Shown here in pieces: positions 56,760-64,000 of a stretch of 64,000 bases of DNA. Each line of letters opens with the position of its first letter. Positions within the stretch are counted from its first letter, which is position 1. A program made the position numbers and the translations under genes. The stretch comes from an uncultured Acidobacteriaceae bacterium (GTDB lineage Bacteria; Acidobacteriota; Terriglobia; Terriglobales; Acidobacteriaceae). The notes below the pieces were generated by a model that did no database searches, was not told the DNA's origin, and worked only from the letters and a program-made list of their open reading frames with translations. The stretch lies in NCBI GenBank assembly GCA_963743115.1, contig CAVUOM010000004.1, forward strand, positions 73,170 through 137,169. Direction: 5' to 3'.

Positions 56760-57695
56760 TCACGTTTTGTCCTTCCGCGCCCGTTCCGTGACCCAATCCG
56801 TCCAGAAGGAAGAAGCCCCGCTGGCCAGCAGAGGAGCCTTGCCCAGCACGGCATCCACAAAGTTTTCGATCATCGGATAGTGCAGATTGGCGTGCGGCGG
56901 CAGATTCTCGCGTCCGCCAGGATAGATCAACTCAGGACCATTCAGCGGACTTAATTCCATCTCACCTTCCGTTCCGCGAATGCGGCATTCGTCCCGGCTC
57001 ACCTCCGAATGCCAGCGAACGTCCACAACGCCGCGCACTCCACCGGCGTACTCGATGAGCACGGTCGCATTGTCTTCCACCTTGTAGTGATGAACTGCAT
57101 TCGAAAGCTGTCCAGTCACGCGGCCGGGCTCGCCGAATAAGAAGTTCAGCACATCAATGCGGTGCGAAGCGACGTCAAAGAGCGGGCCGCCACCGGCCAG
57201 GGCGGGATCAACCAGCCAGTTGCGATGACTCTCGTTCTCATCAAACCATCCGTGGCAGGTGAGTTCGGCGACGACAGGCTTGCCAATAGCGCCAGCGGCG
57301 AGCAGTTCCTTCGCGCGCTGCACCTTGGGATACATTCGGCGATAATAGGCCACTCCGAACGTGCGTCCACTCTCTTCCGCCGCCTGCACCATCGAACGCG
57401 CCTCGTCCTCATTCATCGCCATCGGTTTCTCGCACAGCACGTGCTTGCCCGCTCGAAGAGATTGAATCGTCTGCGACGCGTGAAGGAAGACAGGAGTCGC
57501 AACGTAAATCGCGTGAACTTCAGGGTCGGAAAGAGCTTCGTCGAGTGTGGCCCAAGCCCGCGTGTTGTAAGGCGCAGCTTTCGCTGGATCACGCGTGACC
57601 AGGCCATACAAGCGGCTTCTGGGCTCAGCCAGGATCGCAGGAATGACGCGGCGGATGGAGATATCGCCGATTCCGATTACGATCCAGTTCAGCAT
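56760..57695 (-). CDS. Gfo/Idh/MocA-family NAD(P)-dependent oxidoreductase
   Basis: MLNWIVIGIGDISIRRVIPAI...HVLCEKPMAM. Confidence 0.85.
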   Translation of the reverse strand: MLNWIVIGIGDISIRRVIPAILAEPRSRLYGLVTRDPAKAAPYNTRAWATLDEALSDPEVHAIYVATPVFLHASQTIQSLRAGKHVLCEKPMAMNEDEARSMVQAAEESGRTFGVAYYRRMYPKVQRAKELLAAGAIGKPVVAELTCHGWFDENESHRNWLVDPALAGGGPLFDVASHRIDVLNFLFGEPGRVTGQLSNAVHHYKVEDNATVLIEYAGGVRGVVDVRWHSEVSRDECRIRGTEGEMELSPLNGPELIYPGGRENLPPHANLHYPMIENFVDAVLGKAPLLASGASSFWTDWVTERARKDKT

Positions 57696-57727
57696 AGTCG
57701 AGGCGAATGTAAAGTGTGCAGAAACTC

Positions 57728-57751
57728 AAAGGCCGGCCTAAGCCGGCCTTT
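57728..57751 (-). terminator. Hairpin terminator after the HU gene
   Basis: AAAGGCCGGC-ctaa-GCCGGCCTTT (perfect 10 bp). On the minus strand it is followed by GAGTTTCTG. Confidence 0.6.
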
Positions 57752-57772
57752 GGGAACAATCTCAAACACAAA

Positions 57773-58066
57773 CTACTTCTTGGGAGCGATCGCGTCTTTG
57801 GCAGCCTTGGCCACGCGGAACTTTACCACGGTCTTGGCCTTGATCTGAATCGGCTCGCCGGTCTGCGGATTGCGTCCAATGCGCGCCTTGCGATGCGCTT
57901 TCACCAACCGGCCCAGGCCGGGCACAACGAACACGCCATTCTTCTTGGTCTCTTTTACGGCAACGTCGGCAAGCTGCTCAAGAAATCCAGCTACCGTCTT
58001 GTTGGGAAGTTCAGTTTTCTCGGCCAGATGGCGGACGAGTTGAGTCTTGGTTAAACCTGAAGCCAT
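57773..58066 (-). CDS. hup: HU-family DNA-binding protein
   Basis: ATG 58066 with GGAGGAAA upstream. MASGLTKTQLVRHLAEKTELPNKTVAGFLEQLADVAVKETKKNGVFVVPGLGRLVK...RIGRNPQTGEPIQIKA. Confidence 0.9.
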   Translation of the reverse strand: MASGLTKTQLVRHLAEKTELPNKTVAGFLEQLADVAVKETKKNGVFVVPGLGRLVKAHRKARIGRNPQTGEPIQIKAKTVVKFRVAKAAKDAIAPKK

Positions 58067-58309
58067 TTGTTTCCTCCTCGAAATAGATACGAATTTTAAT
58101 TCCAGCGGGCTTGATCTTACTACCACTGCCCTGTGGAAAACAGCCTTATTTTACGCGGGTTCCGTACGAAGAGCGCTCGGAAAGGGCCATTTTCACATGC
58201 TGATTCGCAGATGAAGGTCCCAAAATGGCCCAAACATGGGTCCCCGAAGCCGTTCCCGGTAACTGTCGAAGGTGAGTCGCCCCCAGGCTTGTCGTCATTC
58301 GGTGCCATA

Positions 58310-58990
58310 ATGCTGAAGAGGAGACGAATCGATTTGAGTTGCACGATCTGCGAGATTCGCAAGGAAAAGCGCTTCTGTCCCGCCGTCCACGGCCGCATCT
58401 GCGCGCAGTGTTGCGGCGAGCAGCGTGAGGTGACGCTCGATTGCCCCAGCGACTGCCCGTATCTCCAACAGGCGAGGGAACACGAAAAGCCTCGTCCAGC
58501 GGACCAATTCGACCGCGCCTCGTTATTCCTGCAGGTTGAGATTTCCGAGCAATTCACTTACGAACGTGAGCATCTGCTCATGGGCCTCAGCTATGCGCTG
58601 GCGAAAGCCGCTCAAGCGGACCGCACTCTGAACGATCGCGATCTGATCGCGGCACTCTCAGCGATGTCCACGCGTTATGAGCGCCTGGTGAACTCCGGGC
58701 TGCACTACGATCAGCCGCTCACCAGCGCCGCTCAGCATGCCGCCGCGGCTCAAGTGGAAGAAATGTTGAAGCAGTATCGCGAGGCCGAGCAGAAACAACT
58801 GGGATACTCCACTCTGCGCGATTCCGACGTGCTCAAAACTTTGGTGTTTCTTGTTCGGCTGGGTCACGGACGCACCTCAGGCCGGCCTAAGTCGCGAGCC
58901 TTCATCGATTTTCTCGTGGCGCAATTCCCCGAGAGGCAGTCGGCCGTAGTCACACCGCAGGAAGCGGTCAGCGGGATCATCGTGCCGTAA
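58310..58990 (+). CDS. Hypothetical protein with an N-terminal 9-Cys cluster
   Basis: MLKRRRIDLSCTICEIRKEKRFCPAVHGRICAQCCGEQREVTLDCPSDCPYL, then a helical region. Start uncertain (ORF track 58133; ATG 58211 also in frame). Confidence 0.5.
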   Translation: MLKRRRIDLSCTICEIRKEKRFCPAVHGRICAQCCGEQREVTLDCPSDCPYLQQAREHEKPRPADQFDRASLFLQVEISEQFTYEREHLLMGLSYALAKAAQADRTLNDRDLIAALSAMSTRYERLVNSGLHYDQPLTSAAQHAAAAQVEEMLKQYREAEQKQLGYSTLRDSDVLKTLVFLVRLGHGRTSGRPKSRAFIDFLVAQFPERQSAVVTPQEAVSGIIVP

Positions 58991-59034
58991 GGCTGCTGTG
59001 AGTTGTTAGCGCTCATGGAGCTCTTTCCTTGATA

Positions 59035-59532
59035 TTAGGTGCTATAGCGCAGCCTGAAAAGCCACTCCCAAATGCCGTGCCAATTGGCTATCGCGAGCAT
59101 TGTCATTGCGTAAAGAGTTGCGCCGGGCAGCATCCACCATCTGCTCATGGGCTCGATTAGCCACCCGCCAGTGCGAAACGACAGCCACAGCTGGCGAATC
59201 GCATAGACGGCCGCGACGATCAAGGAAATACGTGCGGTCAAATCATCGGGCTCATAGTTCAGTCGCCAGGCGACGTTATGCGCCCAGTAGAACCGGGCAG
59301 AATACAGGAGCGGCGACGAGAGAATAGCCGCAGCCAATGCGGAGATCGCCGCCCAGCGCATTGTGAAAAAAGACAGGACGCCTGCGATCGCAAATATTGC
59401 GGCTGCGCCGAGCAGAACATACTCGAAATTGCTTCTGGGCGGCTCCATGCTGTCGAGAAATTCGAAGTAGAAGAATACGCAGAAGGCTGAAGTGCCGTAG
59501 ATGAGTGCCGCGACAACTTTTCTTTTCTTCAT
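59035..59532 (-). CDS. Hypothetical integral membrane protein
   Basis: ATG 59532 (MKKRKVVAALIYGTSAFCVFFYFEF...). Several hydrophobic, Trp-rich segments. Confidence 0.5.
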   Translation of the reverse strand: MKKRKVVAALIYGTSAFCVFFYFEFLDSMEPPRSNFEYVLLGAAAIFAIAGVLSFFTMRWAAISALAAAILSSPLLYSARFYWAHNVAWRLNYEPDDLTARISLIVAAVYAIRQLWLSFRTGGWLIEPMSRWWMLPGATLYAMTMLAIANWHGIWEWLFRLRYST

Positions 59533-59593
59533 ATCTGAGCCTGTCACGAATTTATGCGACAAAGAACGGCCCTGGAAAGATATTCCTGCTGGG

Positions 59594-60097
59594 TCAAATC
59601 CAAATCCGTGGCTCACGTCTTAGCTTCCGTACCGCTTGCCCTGTTGGCAGCCCATCCAGCAGTTCGCGAACCGTTTTCTTCAGCACGGGATGGAATACCT
59701 CCGGCGCAATCTCCGCCAGAGGCTCGAGAACGAAGCGCCGCTGCTGCAGTGCAGGGTGCGGGATGGTGAGGTCCGTGGAATCGACAACCGCGCCATCGAA
59801 CAACAGAATGTCGATGTCGATGGACCGCGGGCCCTTGTTCTGCCCGCGCCGCCGGCCCATCTCCTGCTCGATGTGGAGAATCGCCGCGATCAGTTGCTGC
59901 GGAGTCTTGCGGGTTTCAAGCGCGAGCGCGCAATTCAGAAACCACGGCTGCTGAGTAAACTCCACCGGCTCGGTCTCGTAAACGGACGACACCGCAACCA
60001 CACGACCGACTGCGCCCAGCCGAGCCTGCGCGTCCCGTAGCTGCGCCTCGCGGTCGCCGACATTCGATCCCAGAGAAAGATAAGCGAGGTTGGGCAT
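59594..60097 (-). CDS. folK: 2-amino-4-hydroxy-6-hydroxymethyldihydropteridine diphosphokinase
   Basis: ATG 60097. MPNLAYLSLGSNVGDRE...SSVYETEPV...RSIDIDILLF...LTIPHPAL..RRFVLEPL. Confidence 0.9.
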   Translation of the reverse strand: MPNLAYLSLGSNVGDREAQLRDAQARLGAVGRVVAVSSVYETEPVEFTQQPWFLNCALALETRKTPQQLIAAILHIEQEMGRRRGQNKGPRSIDIDILLFDGAVVDSTDLTIPHPALQQRRFVLEPLAEIAPEVFHPVLKKTVRELLDGLPTGQAVRKLRREPRIWI

Positions 60098-60236
60098 GGT
60101 CTGGGAGCTAGTGTCAGGCATTATTCTGCTGGTTTCCACTGGGAAATTGTGTCGCAACCACCATCGAATGCCTACCCATAAATCCCGATACCTTGGTCAC
60201 CTTTCGAGGGTCTCCTCCGAACGTTAGAATCAGAAC

Positions 60237-60968
60237 ATGACGTTGGAGTCTCTACTTCTGAGCCGGGATAGCGAAGTGCTCCGAATCCTTCGGCCTACCC
60301 TGGAGAAGCTCTCGATTGACGTCGAGGTGTGCCAGGAAGCGAAAAAAGCCACCGAAATCCTCATCTCAGAAAAGTTCGACGCCGTGATTGTGGACTGCGA
60401 CGATCTGACAGGCGGCCTGGAAGTGCTGCAGGGCCTGCGCGCTACTCCCAGCAACCGAAATTCCGTAACCTTCGCCCTGCTGAACGGGAAGAAAACCACC
60501 ACCCAGGAAGCTTTTGGCATGGGCGTGAATTTCGTCCTGCAAAAGCCCATCAGCACGCTGAATGCTTCGCGCTGCTTTCATGCGGCGCTGAATTTCATGG
60601 TACGCGAGCGCCGCCGCTATTATCGCCAGCCTGTAAAGATGCAGGTCCGTGTAGTCTTGAGCGATAAAGAAATTATCGGGACCAGCACCAACGTCAGCGA
60701 GGGCGGCATAGCCCTCATCTTGCATAAGGCGATCCCTAAGGGCGCTGCTCCTCGTTTGCAATTCACCTTGCCCGAAGCCAAACTATCTCTGGACGTCGAA
60801 GCGGAAGTTGCCTGGGCCGACATTAAGGGACATGTCGGATTGCGCTTCCTCAACGTCCCCCTGGGTTCCCAACAGCTCCTCGAAAAATGGCTCGACGAGC
60901 AAATGGAAAAAGAGCTCCCCGGCACGAAAGAAATGCTGGCAATCCCCGGCTCCGACACCGTCCAATGA
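60237..60968 (+). CDS. Receiver-like domain fused to a PilZ domain
   Basis: N-terminal ...KFDAVIVDCDDL...GVNFVLQKP. C-terminal ...RRRYYRQPVKMQVRV...GTSTNVSEGGIAL shows RxxxR ... D/NxSxxG PilZ motifs. Confidence 0.75.
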   Translation: MTLESLLLSRDSEVLRILRPTLEKLSIDVEVCQEAKKATEILISEKFDAVIVDCDDLTGGLEVLQGLRATPSNRNSVTFALLNGKKTTTQEAFGMGVNFVLQKPISTLNASRCFHAALNFMVRERRRYYRQPVKMQVRVVLSDKEIIGTSTNVSEGGIALILHKAIPKGAAPRLQFTLPEAKLSLDVEAEVAWADIKGHVGLRFLNVPLGSQQLLEKWLDEQMEKELPGTKEMLAIPGSDTVQ

Positions 60969-61065
60969 GCCTGCCGCTGGCCGCCTCCCGGCAGGTATTC
61001 ACTTTGTAACTTTGTCCCCGCACCCTTGCATGGCAATCTGGTGGGATACTGGAGAGCCATTGCCC

Positions 61066-61302
61066 ATGCTTCCTACTGCTTACCGCATCACCCGCGTCCA
61101 GAAGACTCTACGCTGGTTTGAGCAAGACATCCCTCTGCTAAACATGCGGGTGAAGGACCTGTCAGCCGAACGGCAGCACTCGGCCCGCCAGTTCGCCGCG
61201 GCGTTGATCACCCGGACCCGCGCCGAACTGGACCGGTTGCTCGAGGAACAACCTGAGCCCCCGTCCGAGACAGGCGATTTTCCCTGCGAACCTGCCGACT
61301 GA
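61066..61302 (+). CDS. Small hypothetical protein (78 aa)
   Basis: ATG 61066 with GGAGAG about 11 nt upstream. MLPTAYRITRVQKTLRWFEQDIPLLNMRVKDLSAERQ.... The longer ORF 60808..61302 overlaps the PilZ gene and is unlikely. Confidence 0.35.
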   Translation: MLPTAYRITRVQKTLRWFEQDIPLLNMRVKDLSAERQHSARQFAAALITRTRAELDRLLEEQPEPPSETGDFPCEPAD

Positions 61303-61344
61303 TGTGGTTTTGGGGCTTGGGTACTCAGCGCCAACTCAAGATCG

Positions 61345-62256
61345 TCAGAGTGAAGACCCAGCTGTAGCATGAGAGCTGTAAGGACCAGCGACGTCCCGCT
61401 CTTCTTCCGGCAGCGTTACTTCCTCCCACAGCGTCTTGTCGCGCAGGATGCGCGAGACCAGCGCGGTGTGCATGGCATGACCGGCGCGATCGGCTGCGAT
61501 TCTGCCCAGGATTGGCTTGCCCAGCAGCGCAAGGTCGCCCACCAGATCAAGCACCTTGTGCCTCACGAACTCGTCGGGAAAGCGCAACGGGCCGTTTTCG
61601 ATTCCGTCGCGAGTGAGCACGATACAGTTCTCCCGCGATGCGCCACGGATTAACCCCATGTTGCGCATGGTTTTTTCATCTTCGCGCGAGCCGAAGGTGC
61701 GCGCCCCTGCAATCTTGCGCAGGTAGCTGCCGTTTGAAAGCTCCACCTGGAAAGTTTCCTTCCCGATCAGCGGGTGGGGAAAATTGATCGAGTAAGAAAC
61801 CGAATAGCTGTCGGCGGGGTGCACCGAAATAAACTTGTTGCCCTCGCGCATCTCAACTTCGCGAAGAATCTTCAGATACTTGCGCGGCCGGCGCTGCTTG
61901 CGAATCCCGGCCTTCTGAATCAGTTCGACAAACGGCAGGGCGCTGCCATCGAGGATCGGGAGCTCGAGATTGTCCAGCTCCACAATCGCATTGTCCACGC
62001 CCAAGCCGATAAAAGCCGAGAGCAAGTGCTCGGTGGTGGAGATGAGCACGCCCTTCTTCATGAGACTGGTCGCATAACTGACGCGGGCGACGTTGCGGCT
62101 GATGGCTTCGATCTCAAAGCCATCCAGATCGATGCGGCGAAATACGATTCCCATTCCGGGAGGCGCGGGAAGAATTCGCATCGAAACCGGCGCGCCGCTG
62201 TGGAGTCCTACTCCACTACATTCCACGGCCGAGCGGACTGTTTGCTCTGAAGTCAA
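61345..62256 (-). CDS. lpxC: UDP-3-O-acyl-N-acetylglucosamine deacetylase
   Basis: ...GVGLHSG...TTEHLLSAF...ELPILDGSA...EFVRHKVLDLVGDLAL...AGHAMH. Confidence 0.93.
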   Translation of the reverse strand: MTSEQTVRSAVECSGVGLHSGAPVSMRILPAPPGMGIVFRRIDLDGFEIEAISRNVARVSYATSLMKKGVLISTTEHLLSAFIGLGVDNAIVELDNLELPILDGSALPFVELIQKAGIRKQRRPRKYLKILREVEMREGNKFISVHPADSYSVSYSINFPHPLIGKETFQVELSNGSYLRKIAGARTFGSREDEKTMRNMGLIRGASRENCIVLTRDGIENGPLRFPDEFVRHKVLDLVGDLALLGKPILGRIAADRAGHAMHTALVSRILRDKTLWEEVTLPEEERDVAGPYSSHATAGSSL

Positions 62257-62320
62257 GGGGTGTCTGCGTATGTCCCGGTGAATGAATAGATTACAGCCCC
62301 GGCGCCGCCTTCGACTGTGG

Positions 62321-62344
62321 TAAAAACGCCACAGTGCGTGGCGT
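62321..62344 (-). terminator. Rho-independent terminator upstream of lpxC, closing the 62456..63292 gene
   Basis: The minus strand reads ACGCCAC-gcact-GTGGCGT followed by TTTTTA. Confidence 0.65.
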
Positions 62345-62455
62345 AATATCGATAGCGCACCTGATTAATCAAGGGATGGTTGCCCTAAAGGCAGATAACT
62401 CAATCAGTTATGCTGGAACTGCAAGATCACGGACAGCACCAACAATGACATTACC

Positions 62456-63292
62456 TTAGTGTTTCTTCGCAGGCTTATTGGGATTGTAGCCCGAAGTGGG
62501 ATCGAACATGGCTTCGTCAACCCCCTCATTGTAGTGAATCGAATTCAGGAAGCGCTGAGCCTGCATGTCTCCATTGTAGTAGCGGGTGAAGCTGTAGGGC
62601 GTCATGATGCCTTGCACCGGCTTGTAATTGTCGTAGATTTCTTCCTCCACGTTGCGGTCTCTATCTACCGGATCACGCCATTTGTAGGTCTTCTTGATGG
62701 GTAGATGACTTTCGAGATCGAAGGATAGACTCACCGCTTCGTCTCTGGCGTTGATCAGCGTGACCTGCTGGGCTGCGACGTTGCCAGCTAGAGCATTGCC
62801 GTCGTAGAAAAGTGCCACACTGGGATCGTTGACCCAGGTGCGGAGAATGGTTTCTAAAGAAAGCCTGCGCCGGCGCAGATAATCGTCAAGATCCTTCTTT
62901 TCCAGCGCGTGCGGGCCCTTGTAGGTGATTTCGTAACCCTTCTGCCCGACGTAGACAACGGCAACGTCCCGCTGCGGCGTGACTTCGATCCGCTCCCGGT
63001 CAGGGTATTCCACGAACCGCCAGAACTGGACGCCGCCAGTGGAGTTCCCGTGATAAAAGCTGTAGGTCCGCCCCTGCTGCTCTATATCGTGGACATTCAA
63101 ATATGCCGGGCCGCCCAATGCCTGGATCGCCTGATTGAGCAGCGCGCGCGCCTGGCGCGCGTTTCCCTCATCATTGCCCAGGGCGACGGCAGACGCGCGC
63201 GAACCCTGCGCGCCTGCTTGGGCGCCAGCCGCAGGTTCGCCAGACTTCGCGAGCGCGAGCGCCAGCACAGCCATGAAGAGCGGATGTTTCAT
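62456..63292 (-). CDS. Hypothetical secreted protein (possibly LolA-like fold)
   Basis: ATG 63292 (MKHPLFMAVLALALAKS signal peptide). No motif recognised with confidence. Confidence 0.5.
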   Translation of the reverse strand: MKHPLFMAVLALALAKSGEPAAGAQAGAQGSRASAVALGNDEGNARQARALLNQAIQALGGPAYLNVHDIEQQGRTYSFYHGNSTGGVQFWRFVEYPDRERIEVTPQRDVAVVYVGQKGYEITYKGPHALEKKDLDDYLRRRRLSLETILRTWVNDPSVALFYDGNALAGNVAAQQVTLINARDEAVSLSFDLESHLPIKKTYKWRDPVDRDRNVEEEIYDNYKPVQGIMTPYSFTRYYNGDMQAQRFLNSIHYNEGVDEAMFDPTSGYNPNKPAKKH

Positions 63293-63457
63293 TGAGCCAG
63301 TCGCATCGGTCAGCGTGACGTTCGAATAGGAAATTGTAGCTGCTGGCAGCAGAATTCCGGACAGCAGCGTGTAGCGCGATTTCTCACCATGTTCCGTACT
63401 CTGTAGGATGCGGAAAACGCCGACGGAGTAACCCAATCGCGGAAGTTCCCTGCCCGG

Positions 63458-64000
63458 TTATCCCACCAGCACAGCTCCGCCATTCACATTGAAAATCTCG
63501 CCGGTGATGAAGCCCGCGTATTCCGTACACAAAAACAGTACTGGGGCGGCAATCTCCTCCGGCTTGCCGGCGCGCCCCAGCGGAATCGCACGCCGAATCA
63601 CTTCCCCGGCCCGCGGGTCATCGAGCGCCGGCTTCGACATATCTGTATCCACCCAGCCCGGGGCCACGCTGTTCACATAGATTCCTGCCGGGGCCAGTTC
63701 CGCGGCAAGGCTTTTCGTCAGGCTGATCAGCGCACCCTTGCTGGCAGAGTAGTCGCAATGAAAAGCTTCGCCACGCTGGCCGCTGGTAGAACTGATGAGC
63801 ACGATGTGTCCCGCGGCGGAGCCGGCGCGCCGCTGGACCTTCATCTGAGCCACCGTGTTCTTGACTAGACCAAACACCGCGTCAAGGTTGATCGCAAGAG
63901 TTGTCCGCCATTGCTCGTCAGTCATCTTGTCGATCGCTACGTCCTGCGCGGGCCAGACGCCGTGATTGGCGACGAGAATATCGACCCGTCCGAAAATCTT
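63458..64000 (-). CDS. Short-chain dehydrogenase/reductase (FabG-like); N-terminus lies beyond the window end
   Basis: The frame stays open to the window edge (...ILVANHGVWPAQDVAIDKMTDEQW...ISSTSGQRGEAFHCDYSASKGAL...NSVAPGWVDTDM), with a Ser...YxxxK catalytic pattern. Confidence 0.85.
   Translation of the reverse strand, partial: KIFGRVDILVANHGVWPAQDVAIDKMTDEQWRTTLAINLDAVFGLVKNTVAQMKVQRRAGSAAGHIVLISSTSGQRGEAFHCDYSASKGALISLTKSLAAELAPAGIYVNSVAPGWVDTDMSKPALDDPRAGEVIRRAIPLGRAGKPEEIAAPVLFLCTEYAGFITGEIFNVNGGAVLVG

Overview
This window is the replication-origin neighbourhood of a high-GC genome. Taxon is an inference from gene content and repeat style: it looks Acidobacteriota-like (CarboxypepD_reg-type TonB receptors, hpnH, DUF5916). 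The core markers are rpmH-rnpA-yidD-yidC-jag on the minus strand, dnaA-dnaN on the plus strand, and gyrB about 3.4 kb further on with no recF in between. The rest is mainly housekeeping: ruvB, rpmE, a tRNA-dihydrouridine synthase, clpB, hsp20, rsmI, rsmD, serA plus a class-V aminotransferase, folK, lpxC, HU, two S9 peptidases and two amidohydrolases. I found no rRNA, tRNA, CRISPR array, prophage or intact mobile element. I did not find a clear-cut novel multi-gene system such as a defence island.

The features most worth a second look are:
1. A same-strand cluster (about 18.5-23.7 kb) encoding a secreted Cys/His-rich mini-protein, a TonB-dependent receptor, a CusF-like/SCO fusion, VKOR and a Cys-rich lipoprotein. 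It may be a metal (copper?) acquisition and thiol-redox module.
2. Three reading-frame anomalies within 4 kb: a split EF-G paralog, a split MBL hydrolase, and a strong SD+ATG that opens only a 14-codon ORF ahead of a 921-aa outer-membrane protein gene.
3. At least three families of short palindromic intergenic repeats, with 15 or more copies in 64 kb.
4. A transposase C-terminal relic that overlaps a 71-aa ORF between rpmH and dnaA.
5. Several unusual protein architectures: MscL with a C-terminal zinc ribbon, receiver domains lacking the phospho-acceptor Asp, and a COG1579 zinc-ribbon protein with an extra domain.

All calls rest on reading the translations and the DNA by eye. No database search or computation was run.
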